Positions 8,794-18,731 are shown, counted from the first letter of the stretch. The stretch is 30,864 bases of DNA from Candidatus Cloacimonadota bacterium (GCA_029564175.1 JAKQQL010000329.1:1-30864), one strand, 5' to 3'. The notes: a model not told the origin generated them from the letters alone. Numbers and translations: made by a program.

Positions 8794-9168
8794 GTGCTCT
8801 GTTTTAGGACAGTCGGCTATAATTCAATCACTATAAATTATTATAGAAGCATAATTATTACAAAAATAAATTTGACCTCATTAGATCTATTTTTTAATAG
8901 TGATTTAATTTGGTGTAAGCAAAATTTTCCCGGTGATTTTGAATTTATTGATGAATCAGTAGAATTATTAGATTTTCAGGAGTTTGAGTTGTATAAATTA
9001 TGCAAACATCAAATTATAGCTAATAGTACTTTTAGCTGGAGGATGGTATGGTTGAATGAAAATCAAGATAAAATAGTCATAGCACCTGAGAAATGGCATG
9101 CTAACTCAAGGCTTAAGGCAAAATACAGAAATGGGAATTTAATAACTAATTCCTAGATTAATTTATAA
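8794..9168 (+). pseudogene. C-terminal remnant of an alpha-1,2-fucosyltransferase (GT11)
   Basis: SDLIWCKQNF...LYKLCKHQIIANSTFSWRMVWLNENQDKIVIAPEKW matches the GT11 C-terminal motif. The N-terminal part, including HxRRGD, is absent. In-frame TAG at 9154 is followed by I-N-L-stop where GT11s end in ..W-I-x-L. Confidence 0.75.
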
Positions 9169-9177
9169 TTTCAGTTA

Positions 9178-10626
9178 ATGGAGGGGAACCTCAGAAGTAA
9201 AGTAGTAGGATCATTCTTTTGGGTATTCATTGATTCATCAGTTCAGCGGGTACTTCAATTTATAATCGGTATTATATTGGCAAGGATCCTCCTGCCCGAA
9301 GAATTTGGTCTGCTAGGAATGATTGTAGTATTTATAAAATTCTCAGAATTATTCATCGATAGCGGTTTCAGTTTTGCTCTTATCAGGAAAGAAAAAGTTG
9401 CGAGAATAGAATATGAAACAGTATTTTGGTTCAATACTTGTATCAGTATATTATTCTTTATATCATTATGGTTTTCATCTCCTTTTATTGCTGATTTTTT
9501 TAATAAACCAATACTTACCGGAATTGTCAGGGCTGTAAGTTTCGGATTACTCATTAATGCTACAGGCAGTATCCAAAACATAAGACTGCGCAGGGATTTA
9601 AAATTTAAAGAATTAGCAATTACTGGTATTTCATCAAAACTCATTTCCGGCATAACAGCTATTTTTTTAGCAATTAATGGATTTGGTGTTTGGGCTTTGG
9701 TTTTTCAACAATTGTTAAATAATTTTCTGCGAGTAGGATTTATGTTCTTTTTTAACAGACTATTACCTCGTTTAAAGTTTTCGTTAAGGTCATTTAAAGA
9801 ACTATTTAGTTTCAGTTCAAAATTATTATACGGTGGAATTGTATCTTCTGTTGTAAGTAATATATATCCCATTATAATAGGTAAATTTTTTTCTGCAAGT
9901 GATGTGGGTTTTTTTGATAAGGCAAAAACAATCCAGGGAGCTCCGGTTCAATTTTTTACCGGGATTGTTCAGCAGGTTACATTACCCACATTTGCCAAGA
10001 TCCAGAATGAGAATGACAGATTTAGAAATGCCTACAGGAATGTAATCAAGATCTCTTTTTTTGCGATTATCTTACCATTAGCTTTGATAGTGATATCAGC
10101 AAAGCCTCTAATAGTAGTCTTATTAACAGATAAATGGTTGCCAGCAGCTGAAATCCTGCAAATAATTGCACTTGGTGGAATGTTTTACCCACTTAGCGCA
10201 TTAAATGTAAATATCATTGGTTTAAAAGGAAGATCAGACCTGGTTATGTATCTTCAGTTTTCCAAGGATGCACTCACGATTTTAGGTGTGTTAGTCGGTA
10301 TATGGTTTGGAATTAGGGGCTTGGTTATAAGTTATACTATAACCTGTATTTTTGCATATTTATTAAATGCCCTGTTTTCCAATAAAGTGATTGATTATCC
10401 ATTCTATGATCAACTCTATGATATATTACCTTTTGTTTTACTGGCTTTAGTCACGATGTTATTAGCTGGTCTGGCAGGGTTTCTGGTTGATAATTTATTA
10501 ATTAAGTTAATAATTATATGGAGCACAGGGCTGATTGTTTATTTTTTATTGGCTTATATTCTGAACTTTAAGGTATTGGATGAGTTAAAAAAGATATTAT
10601 TTGAACTTTTAAGCAGGATTAAATGA
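9178..10626 (+). CDS. wzx: Polysaccharide flippase (Wzx, WzxC-like)
   Basis: 482 aa with many TM segments; LARILLPEEFGL, DSGFSFALIR, GFGVWALVFQ and LLTDKWLPA motifs. Confidence 0.92.
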   Translation: MEGNLRSKVVGSFFWVFIDSSVQRVLQFIIGIILARILLPEEFGLLGMIVVFIKFSELFIDSGFSFALIRKEKVARIEYETVFWFNTCISILFFISLWFSSPFIADFFNKPILTGIVRAVSFGLLINATGSIQNIRLRRDLKFKELAITGISSKLISGITAIFLAINGFGVWALVFQQLLNNFLRVGFMFFFNRLLPRLKFSLRSFKELFSFSSKLLYGGIVSSVVSNIYPIIIGKFFSASDVGFFDKAKTIQGAPVQFFTGIVQQVTLPTFAKIQNENDRFRNAYRNVIKISFFAIILPLALIVISAKPLIVVLLTDKWLPAAEILQIIALGGMFYPLSALNVNIIGLKGRSDLVMYLQFSKDALTILGVLVGIWFGIRGLVISYTITCIFAYLLNALFSNKVIDYPFYDQLYDILPFVLLALVTMLLAGLAGFLVDNLLIKLIIIWSTGLIVYFLLAYILNFKVLDELKKILFELLSRIK

Positions 10627-11735
10627 ATAATAAACCTATTTATGTAACCCAACCTTCATTGCCATCCCTGGAGGAATATACTGATTATTTAAAAAAGATT
10701 TGGGAATCAAAAAGGTTGACTAATAATGGCCCTTTTCATCAGCAGTTTGAAAAAGGGCTGGCAGAATATCTGGGTGTAAAATATCTTTCACTTTTTGCAA
10801 ACGGCACACTTGCCCTAGTAACAGCTTTACAGGCATTAAGAATTGCCGGAGAAGTAATTACAACACCTTTCAGCTTTGTTGCAACAACTCATTCATTATG
10901 GTGGAATAATATCAAACCGGTATTTGTAGATATAGAACCGGACTATTTTACACTTGATCCTGAAAAGATAGAAGCTGCAATAACACCACAAACAACTGCC
11001 ATTCTTCCTGTACATGTATATGGAAACCCCTGTAAGATTGATGAAATACAGAAAATTGCAGATATTTATGGTTTAAAAGTTATTTATGATGCGGCTCATG
11101 TATTTGGTGTGAGGATAAAGGGGAATTCAATATTAAACTTCGGAGATCTGTCTGTTTTGAGTTTTCATGCAACAAAAGTGTTCAACACTTTTGAAGGCGG
11201 AGCAATAATTTGTCATGATGAAAATACAAAGAAGCGGATTGATCATCTGAAAAATTTTGGTTTTGCAGGAGAAACAACTGTTATCGCACCAGGGATCAAT
11301 GCCAAGATGAATGAACTGCAGGCAGCTTTCGGTTTAATTCAGCTAAAACATATAGATGAATATATCTCCAGACGAAAGGAGATAGCTGAATTATATAGGA
11401 AAGAATTATCAGGTGTTAAAGGAATAAGGGTTCTTTATGATATTGAAGGGGTAGATCATTCCTATACCTATTTTCCTGTGCTTGTAGATGAGAATCTTTA
11501 TGGCGAAAGCAGGGATGATTTATATGAGAGACTAAAAAAAAATAACATTTACGGGAGACGGTATTTTTATCCTTTAATTAGTCAATTCCCTACATACCGG
11601 GGATTACCATCTTCCAGACCAGAAAACCTTCCTATTGCTTCAAATATAGCAGACCATGTTATTTGTTTACCAATGTATTCAGAATTAGAGTCAAGAATTG
11701 TTATGAAAATTATTAATATTATTAGTAATGTATAA
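10623..11735 (+). CDS. DegT/DnrJ/EryC1/StrS PLP aminotransferase, VioA-like (NDP-4-keto-6-deoxyglucose 4-aminotransferase)
   Basis: IYVTQPSLP, LTNNGP, NGTLAL, VIYDAAH, SFHATKVFNTFEGG (PLP Lys), GINAKMNE, RRYFYPLIS. Confidence 0.9.
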   Translation: MNNKPIYVTQPSLPSLEEYTDYLKKIWESKRLTNNGPFHQQFEKGLAEYLGVKYLSLFANGTLALVTALQALRIAGEVITTPFSFVATTHSLWWNNIKPVFVDIEPDYFTLDPEKIEAAITPQTTAILPVHVYGNPCKIDEIQKIADIYGLKVIYDAAHVFGVRIKGNSILNFGDLSVLSFHATKVFNTFEGGAIICHDENTKKRIDHLKNFGFAGETTVIAPGINAKMNELQAAFGLIQLKHIDEYISRRKEIAELYRKELSGVKGIRVLYDIEGVDHSYTYFPVLVDENLYGESRDDLYERLKKNNIYGRRYFYPLISQFPTYRGLPSSRPENLPIASNIADHVICLPMYSELESRIVMKIINIISNV

Positions 11736-13155
11736 AGTTGAAGCAGGTGTGGTATTTATCAGTAAAATTGATTTAGTTACATTAGAAAATTTATTATTAG
11801 AAATTGATAATGAATTTATTCCTGCTTTGAGCCAAAGGGTAAATATTATTGAATATGCAAGAAAACTCAGTTCAAATGCAGTTTTATTTGGGGCTAAGGA
11901 TAAAAAGGATGGAAACTTAGTTGGATTGATAGCAATTTATTGTAATGATATTAGAAATAGAACTGCCTATATTCCTATAATTGGTTTAGTTAAAAAATAT
12001 AGAGGTAAAGGATACGGTAAAAAATTACTGGAATTAGCTATAGATCACGCAAAAAAACTTGGATTTTTTCATATTTGCTTGGAAACTTGGGAAAATAGTA
12101 GTAGTCAAAAATTATATTTGGAACAGGGATTTAGAATTGATGAAATTATTGAAGATAGGCCAAATGGAATCCGAAGTTTGAAAATGAAACTCAGCTTGAA
12201 ACTTAATACATCAATTTTAAATAAAAATTTAAGTACTCCACTACAATATTTTGAAAGATTAAGCAAAGATTTAAAAATAAACCTCTTCATAAAACGAGAT
12301 GATCTCTTTCCTTTAACAGGAGGAGGGAATAAAGCAAGGAAGCTTTGTTATATTTTGAATTCGGACATTAAAAACAATTATAACGCTATTGTTACATCAG
12401 GGGCAAATCAGTCTAATCATTTGAGAGCAACCGCATTAAATGGTGCTATATTAGGATGGAAAACTATTTGTATAATTCATGATAAAGAACCAATAAATTA
12501 TAATGGTAATCTGAAAATAACTAATCTTACAGGTGCAGAACTTCGCTTTGTAAATAAGCAAGAAGTTTCCAAAACTATGAATGATGCTATGGTTGATCTC
12601 AGTAAGAACGGGTATAAACCATTATACATTTGGGGTGGAGGACATTGTGTGGAGGGTTCATTCGCTTATTATTGTGCAATAAAGGAACTTCGTAACCAAT
12701 TAGGTAACGTAAAACCTGATTTTATTTTTTTAGCAAGTGGAACTGGTACAACTCAAGCAGGAATTGAAATAGGAGTAAGAAGATTTATCCCTGAATGCAA
12801 AGTAATTGGGATTTCCATTTCACGTAAAAGTGATTATGGTAAAGAGTCGATTATTAATAGTATGAAAGCCTTAAACAAGACTTTAAATAATCCGGTTTCT
12901 TTACCTTTTAACATTGATTTTGATGATAAGTGGATCGGGGATGGGTATGAAAAACAATATCCGGAATTGTTTGAAACAATAGAATGGGCATCCAGAAAAG
13001 AAGGATTAATATTGGATCCTACTTATACAGGTAAAGCTTTTCATGCTTTGGTTAACTACGTGAAAGATGGCATAATTCCCAAAGATTCAAATGTTGTTTT
13101 TTGGCATACAGGAGGTTTATTAAACTTACTTGCTTCAGAAAATTTTAAGAAGTGA
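11728..13155 (+). CDS. Fusion: N-terminal GNAT acetyltransferase + PLP-dependent D-cysteine desulfhydrase/ACC deaminase family enzyme
   Basis: GNAT acetyl-CoA motif YRGKGYGKKLL and LYLEQGF in the first ~155 aa; then TPLQ, IKRDDL, GGNKARK, QSNH, SGTGTTQAG, LDPTYTGKA, FWHTGG. Confidence 0.85.
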   Translation: MYKVEAGVVFISKIDLVTLENLLLEIDNEFIPALSQRVNIIEYARKLSSNAVLFGAKDKKDGNLVGLIAIYCNDIRNRTAYIPIIGLVKKYRGKGYGKKLLELAIDHAKKLGFFHICLETWENSSSQKLYLEQGFRIDEIIEDRPNGIRSLKMKLSLKLNTSILNKNLSTPLQYFERLSKDLKINLFIKRDDLFPLTGGGNKARKLCYILNSDIKNNYNAIVTSGANQSNHLRATALNGAILGWKTICIIHDKEPINYNGNLKITNLTGAELRFVNKQEVSKTMNDAMVDLSKNGYKPLYIWGGGHCVEGSFAYYCAIKELRNQLGNVKPDFIFLASGTGTTQAGIEIGVRRFIPECKVIGISISRKSDYGKESIINSMKALNKTLNNPVSLPFNIDFDDKWIGDGYEKQYPELFETIEWASRKEGLILDPTYTGKAFHALVNYVKDGIIPKDSNVVFWHTGGLLNLLASENFKK

Positions 13156-14174
13156 AAATTCTACTTACATCTGCAGGCAGAAGGAGTTATATAGTACACT
13201 ACTTCAAAGAAGCATTAAAAGGTCAAGGAGAAATCCATGCATCTAATTCTGTTTGGTCTCCAGCTTTAGAATTTGCCGATAAAGCAGTAATTACTCCAAT
13301 TATATATGATGATTCGTATATTCATTTTATTCTGGAATATTGCCTGACAAACAATATTTCAGCTATTTTATCATTGTTTGACATTGATTTACCAATCCTC
13401 TCGAAGTCGAAAGATTTATTTAAAAAGAATGGGATAGAACTTTTAGTCTCAGATTTTGAAGTTACTCAAATATGTAACGACAAATGGAGAACTTACAACT
13501 TCTTAATAAACAATGGTATTCTAACACCTAAAACCTTTATATCATTACAAAACTGTCTTGAGTCTATTGCTTTTGGTCAGACTAATTTTCCTTTGGTTAT
13601 AAAACCCAGGTGGGGTATGGGTTCAATAGGTATATATGTGGCAGATAACAGGGATGAACTTGCAGTATTATTTAAAAAGACAAAGAATGAGATACTTAAT
13701 TCATATTTGAAATATGAATCGGCTTCAACCCCAAATGAATCAATTATAATTCAAGAAATGTTAAGTGGAGTAGAGTATGGCTTGGATATAATTAATGATC
13801 TTAAAAAGGATTATATAACCACTTTAGTGAAAAGAAAAACAGCCATGAGAGCTGGAGAAACGGACAGTGCAATTACAGAAAATAATTCAATATTAAGGGA
13901 AACTGGGGAAACAATCTCAAAACACTTAGGGCATATACTTAATCTTGATGTAGACTGTTTCATTGATAAGGTCAATAAACCATATGTTTTAGAAATGAAT
14001 TGTAGGTTCGGCGGTCACTATCCATTTTCTCACTTAGCAGGAGCGAATCTTCCATTGGCAATAGTTAAATGGATTTCAGGTAAAGTAGTTGAAAAAAGTC
14101 TTTTTGATATAGAATATGGCATTGAAGGCTATAAGGAAATAGTAATAAAACGAAAAACTTTAGGTGGAGAATAA
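13152..14174 (+). CDS. ATP-grasp domain protein (carbamoyl-phosphate-synthase-like / PylC-like amide ligase)
   Basis: ILLTSAGRR, ICNDKW, FPLVIKPRWGMGSIG, IIQE, RAGETD, LEMNCRFGG. Confidence 0.85.
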   Translation: MKILLTSAGRRSYIVHYFKEALKGQGEIHASNSVWSPALEFADKAVITPIIYDDSYIHFILEYCLTNNISAILSLFDIDLPILSKSKDLFKKNGIELLVSDFEVTQICNDKWRTYNFLINNGILTPKTFISLQNCLESIAFGQTNFPLVIKPRWGMGSIGIYVADNRDELAVLFKKTKNEILNSYLKYESASTPNESIIIQEMLSGVEYGLDIINDLKKDYITTLVKRKTAMRAGETDSAITENNSILRETGETISKHLGHILNLDVDCFIDKVNKPYVLEMNCRFGGHYPFSHLAGANLPLAIVKWISGKVVEKSLFDIEYGIEGYKEIVIKRKTLGGE

Positions 14175-15105
14175 ATCTAATAATCCATTGGTTAGTATTG
14201 GTTGTATTACTTATAACCAGGTAAACTATATTAAGAATACAATTGAAGGATTCCTATTGCAAAGAACAACATTCCCAATAGAAATAATTATTCATGATGA
14301 TGCTTCTAATGATAATACTCAACAGATTATCAGAGAATACGAAGAAAAATACCCTAACCTAATTGGGGCAATTTATCAATCAGAAAATCAATACTCTAAG
14401 GGTGTCAAACCATTAATAAATATTGTTTTTAATAAAGCCCGGGGTAAATACATTGCAATTTGTGAAGGGGATGATTACTGGATAGATCCTTATAAATTAC
14501 AGAAGCAGGTGGATTTTCTTGAGAAAAATACAGAATTCGGGCTGGTTTTTACTGATGTGCAAATCACAGATAAAAATAATAGTGTGATAAAAAACAGAGG
14601 ATATAACATTCGTAAACGATATACCAGTGGATGGATTTTTACTGAGCTTCTTAAAGGTAATTTTATAAATACCTGTACAGTGGTACTTAGAAAAGATCTG
14701 ATGCCTCTAAGTAAGAATAATCCTGATAAGATGTGGTTTATTTATGATTACTGGCTGTGGTTGAGAATAGCGATAAATAGCAAAATCTACTTTATGAATG
14801 AGATTACATCTGTTTATCGTATCCTTGACAACAGTGTTTCTCGTTCACCTGGTTTTAAAGACAGGCGCAAATCGTATTATTTATTCTCAGATGTTCTTGA
14901 AGCTTTTGGAAATGAAAACAAAAGAGTTTTAGCGAAAGAAGAAAAAGAAATTATATCACGTAAACTTATTTCATTATTCTTTCAACCCTACGGGAGTTTC
15001 AGTCACAAGTTAAAACTGTTGGGTTTAATTGCAAAATATTTCCCCGGACTTGTCGGATTTATTCATATTTTAAAATCCAAATCCAAACCAGTATCTGTTA
15101 ATTAA
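14164..15105 (+). CDS. Glycosyltransferase family 2
   Basis: PLVSIGCITYNQ, IIIHDDASND, ARGKYIAICEGDDYW, KLQKQVDFLE. Confidence 0.9.
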   Translation: MENKSNNPLVSIGCITYNQVNYIKNTIEGFLLQRTTFPIEIIIHDDASNDNTQQIIREYEEKYPNLIGAIYQSENQYSKGVKPLINIVFNKARGKYIAICEGDDYWIDPYKLQKQVDFLEKNTEFGLVFTDVQITDKNNSVIKNRGYNIRKRYTSGWIFTELLKGNFINTCTVVLRKDLMPLSKNNPDKMWFIYDYWLWLRIAINSKIYFMNEITSVYRILDNSVSRSPGFKDRRKSYYLFSDVLEAFGNENKRVLAKEEKEIISRKLISLFFQPYGSFSHKLKLLGLIAKYFPGLVGFIHILKSKSKPVSVN

Positions 15106-15114
15106 AGCTCTCAA

Positions 15115-15891
15115 ATGAAAACACTAATCCTCGCAGGCGGTTATGGTACCCGGTTAAGTGAAGAGACTCACTCAATCCCTAAACCCATGGTTGAAATAGG
15201 AGGTAAACCCATATTATGGCATATAATGAAAATATACAGTCATTATGGATTCAACGATTTCATAATTCTATGTGGATACAAGGGTTATGTAATAAAAGAA
15301 TATTTTTCAAATTATTTCCTTCATCATTCGGATATCAGTATAGATCTGGCAAAAAACGAGATGAAGATCTTAAATAATCCTAGTGAACCATGGAATGTAA
15401 CTTTGCTTGATACCGGCATTGATACGCAAACCGGTGGAAGGGTATTACGGGCCAAGCCTTTTATCCCGAAGGGAGATCCGTTTTTCTTAACATATGGTGA
15501 TGGATTAACCGATGTCAATATCAGCAGTTTATTGGAGTTTCACAAATCCCATAAGGGAATGGCAACTATTACTTCTTCACAGCCTGAGGGTCGTTTTGGC
15601 GCTCTCGATATTATCAATGGGAATAAGGTCAGTAACTTTGTAGAAAAACCCCGGGGTGATGGATCATGGATTAATGCCGGGTATTTTGTATGCAAATATG
15701 ATGTATTCGATCTTATTGATGAAGGAGACGAAACGGTTTGGGAGAGATCACCTCTTGAAAATCTTGCAGCTGCTGGTCAATTATTTACGTATAAGCATTT
15801 TGGATTCTGGCGACCAATGGATACGTTGCGTGACAAGAAAGCTTTAGAGGAGATGTGGCGTACAGGAACAGCTAAATGGAAAGTATGGTGA
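15115..15891 (+). CDS. rfbF: Glucose-1-phosphate cytidylyltransferase
   Basis: LAGGYGTRLSEET, PKPMVEIGGKPILWHIMK, TGGR, LTYGDG, WINAGYF, GFWRPMDTLRDK. Confidence 0.95.
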   Translation: MKTLILAGGYGTRLSEETHSIPKPMVEIGGKPILWHIMKIYSHYGFNDFIILCGYKGYVIKEYFSNYFLHHSDISIDLAKNEMKILNNPSEPWNVTLLDTGIDTQTGGRVLRAKPFIPKGDPFFLTYGDGLTDVNISSLLEFHKSHKGMATITSSQPEGRFGALDIINGNKVSNFVEKPRGDGSWINAGYFVCKYDVFDLIDEGDETVWERSPLENLAAAGQLFTYKHFGFWRPMDTLRDKKALEEMWRTGTAKWKVW

Positions 15892-16952
15892 AACTGATAA
15901 ATACATTTAAAGATAGACGTATAATTGTTACGGGGCATACTGGATTTAAGGGTTCATGGCTTACTCTCTGGCTAAGTATGTTGGGAGCTAAGGTAACGGG
16001 TGTGTCATTAGATCCAAAAGATCCACTGGATGCATATTATGCGATGGGAATAAAAAATTTATCAGAAGACCTTAGGCAGGATATTAGAGAGTTTAAAGGA
16101 TTGTTTGATATTATTAATAGTACTGAACCGGAAATAATATTTCATTTAGCTGCTCAGCCGCTTGTATCCCAATCTTATTTACAGCCATTGGAGACTTTAG
16201 GTACAAATATTATGGGTACTGCAAATTTACTGGAAGCATGCAGACTCACGCCTTCAGTAAAGACTATAATCGTTATTACCACAGATAAATGTTATGAAAA
16301 CACAGGAATGCATTTACCTTACAATGAAGATGACAGACTTGGAGGTGAAGATCCTTATAGCTCAAGCAAGGCTGCTGCCGAACTTGTTGTAAATTCATAT
16401 CGAAAATCTTTTTTTAATTCTGCCGATTCTCCGGGAATTGCCACCGCAAGAGCAGGGAATATTATAGGAGGTGGCGATTGGGCTGAAAACAGAATAGTTC
16501 CGGATTGTATCAGAGCATTAAAAGAAGGTCGACAGATTTTAATCAGAAATCCCGCTTCTGTCAGACCATGGCAATACATACTTGAACCACTATATGGATA
16601 TATTATTCTGGCTGAAAAATGTTTTACAAATAATAAATTATTCAGTGAAGCATGGAATTTTGGTCCTGAGTGTAATAGTGTTTATAATGTATGGCAGCTA
16701 GGTGAAGGAATTATTAAAGCATGGGGTAGTGGTACCTTAGTCAAATCCGGAGAAAAACAAAAGATTAAAGAAGCTGACTATCTTAGTCTGAATATAAATA
16801 AGGCAAAGGAAATGCTTGGTTGGACCCCTGTATTAACTTTTCAGGATTCAGTTGGCTTAACTGTGGATTGGTATAAAGCGCAAGCTGAAGGGAAAGATAT
16901 GCTAAAGTTCAGCATTGAACAACTAGAAAATTATATGCAATTAATTCAATGA
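15876..16952 (+). CDS. rfbG: CDP-glucose 4,6-dehydratase
   Basis: VTGHTGFKGSWL, HLAAQPLV, TTDKCY, DPYSSSK, ARAGNIIGGGDW, RPWQ, WNFGP; overlaps the end of rfbF. Confidence 0.95.
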   Translation: MESMVKLINTFKDRRIIVTGHTGFKGSWLTLWLSMLGAKVTGVSLDPKDPLDAYYAMGIKNLSEDLRQDIREFKGLFDIINSTEPEIIFHLAAQPLVSQSYLQPLETLGTNIMGTANLLEACRLTPSVKTIIVITTDKCYENTGMHLPYNEDDRLGGEDPYSSSKAAAELVVNSYRKSFFNSADSPGIATARAGNIIGGGDWAENRIVPDCIRALKEGRQILIRNPASVRPWQYILEPLYGYIILAEKCFTNNKLFSEAWNFGPECNSVYNVWQLGEGIIKAWGSGTLVKSGEKQKIKEADYLSLNINKAKEMLGWTPVLTFQDSVGLTVDWYKAQAEGKDMLKFSIEQLENYMQLIQ

Positions 16953-17494
16953 TAATTAAAGAATTAAAATTAAAGGGAGTCTATGAGATTACTTTAGCTG
17001 CGAATATAGACCACAGAGGTTTTTTTATGCGAACTTATGACAGGGAAACTTTCCGAAGCTACGGTTTGGATTGTGACTGGTTGCAGGAAAATCATTCGCA
17101 TACTAAGCTAAAAGGTACTATCAGGGGCTTGCATTTTCAAGTTTCACCCTTTTCGGAGACCAAACTGGTTAGGTGTATTAGAGGAAAAATTTTTGATGTT
17201 GTTGTAGATATTAGAAGAGATTCTGATTCTTTTGGAGAATGGATTGGTATTGAGTTAAGTGAAGAGAATAAAAAAATGTTATTTATTCCCAGAGGATTTG
17301 CACATGGCTTTTGTACTTTAACTGATTTAAGTGAGGTAATGTACAAGGTTGATAATATATACTCTCCCGGGCATGAAAGAGGATTGCTCTGGAATGATCC
17401 TGATATAGCGATTGAATGGCCAGTAACAAATCCGATTCTCTCTGCTAAAGATCAAAAGAACATGACTTTTAAATCGTTAATAGAACACGGATAA
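16949..17494 (+). CDS. rfbC: NDP-4-keto-6-deoxyhexose 3,5-epimerase (RmlC family)
   Basis: DHRGFF, QENHS, GTIRGLHFQ, KLVRC, DVVVDIR, IPRGFAHGF, YKVD, WNDPDIAIEWP. Confidence 0.9.
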   Translation: MIIKELKLKGVYEITLAANIDHRGFFMRTYDRETFRSYGLDCDWLQENHSHTKLKGTIRGLHFQVSPFSETKLVRCIRGKIFDVVVDIRRDSDSFGEWIGIELSEENKKMLFIPRGFAHGFCTLTDLSEVMYKVDNIYSPGHERGLLWNDPDIAIEWPVTNPILSAKDQKNMTFKSLIEHG

Positions 17495-17564
17495 CACAGA
17501 TTAAACTGATAATCACGGATTTTAATTAGTGTAAATCCGTTAAATCCGTGTCATCAGTGTTCTA
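17481..17564. repeat. Inverted-repeat element with arms of ~9-nt tandem units (aCACgGAT-like)
   Basis: Left arm tagaacacggat-aacacagat-taaactgat-aatcacggat; right arm aattagtgt-aaatccgtt-aaatccgtgt-catcagtgttcta. The outer 8 nt (tagaacac/gtgttcta) are perfectly complementary; the left arm contains the rfbC stop. Confidence 0.85.
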
Positions 17565-17577
17565 AAAAGTGATAAAG

Positions 17578-18720
17578 ATGAATATTAGATTATTTAAACC
17601 ATCCCTGGGAGAAGAAGAACTACAAGCTATTAAAGAGGCATTTGACAGATCATGGGTGGGTCTGGGCCCGAAAGTGGCAGAATTCGAAGAAGAATGGAGG
17701 AAATTTATCGGCTGCGAAATGGCTGTTGGAGTAAACTCTGCAACAGCTGCCCTGCATCTCGCACTGGCTTGTTTCAGGTTCCCTGAAGGCAAAAAAGTTC
17801 TGGTTCCTTCACTTACTTTCTCTTCAACGGCATCTGCAGTATTATACAACAGGCTTATTCCTGTTTTTGTTGATTCGGATCCGGTAACACTTGGGATGAG
17901 CCTGGAAGATCTTGAAAAGAAATATGACAAAGATTGTGTTGCAGTTATCCCGGTTCATTATGCCGGACATCCTGTTCCAATGGAAAAACTTGTCCCATGG
18001 TCAAGAGAAAGAGGTTTAAAAGTAATTGAGGATTGTGCACATACTGCTGGAGCAATGTATAAAGGTAGGGTGCTAGGTACCTGGGGAGACATTGGTTGTT
18101 ATTCTTTTGAAGAAAAAAAACTTATGACAACAGGTGACGGAGGTATGATGGTAACTGATGATCCGGATCTGTTCAGGGATGTTAAAGCAATGAGATGGGT
18201 AGGTATTGACAAAGATAACTGGAAGACCGCCCAACTGTATACAAAAGCTAATCGTGATGCTATGCACTGGTTTTATGAACTTAATGTGCTTGGATACAAA
18301 TATAACATGAATGACCTTGCCGCTTCTATTGGATTAATCCAATTACAAAAGCTGCCTGAGTTTAATAAAAGAAGGTCGGAGATTATTCAACAATATCTTA
18401 AGGATTTAAAGGATTTGAACAGCATAAAACCATTGCTTCCGTTTGAACCGGAAAAATATCCTTATCAAATGTTTGGTATTCGTTCAGATAACAGAGATGA
18501 TTTGATGATTTTCCTTAAATCCAAGGGTATTGCTACCGGATGTCATTATACCCCCCTGACACTTCAACCATTATTCAAGCCTTATTATTCGAAATGCAGT
18601 TTTGTGGAAAAAGAATCAAATAAGTTTATTACACTTCCTCTTCATTCAGACCTGACAAATGATGAATTACGTTATATAACGGAAAAAATCATTTCTTTCA
18701 TTTCTGTTTTAAATACTTAA
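17578..18720 (+). CDS. DegT/DnrJ/EryC1/StrS family PLP aminotransferase
   Basis: MNIRLFKPSLG (ATG 17578; GTG 17569 is an alternative), NSATAALHLA, VIEDCAH, SFEEKKLMTTGDGG (Lys, not the His of RfbH/DdhC), GYKYNMND. Confidence 0.9.
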   Translation: MNIRLFKPSLGEEELQAIKEAFDRSWVGLGPKVAEFEEEWRKFIGCEMAVGVNSATAALHLALACFRFPEGKKVLVPSLTFSSTASAVLYNRLIPVFVDSDPVTLGMSLEDLEKKYDKDCVAVIPVHYAGHPVPMEKLVPWSRERGLKVIEDCAHTAGAMYKGRVLGTWGDIGCYSFEEKKLMTTGDGGMMVTDDPDLFRDVKAMRWVGIDKDNWKTAQLYTKANRDAMHWFYELNVLGYKYNMNDLAASIGLIQLQKLPEFNKRRSEIIQQYLKDLKDLNSIKPLLPFEPEKYPYQMFGIRSDNRDDLMIFLKSKGIATGCHYTPLTLQPLFKPYYSKCSFVEKESNKFITLPLHSDLTNDELRYITEKIISFISVLNT

Positions 18721-18731
18721 ATGTTATTATT

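Noticed and set aside
17578..18720. RfbH/DdhC CDP-4-keto-6-deoxyglucose 3-dehydrase
   Set aside because: It has Lys rather than His in the PLP motif and lacks the longer RfbH architecture.
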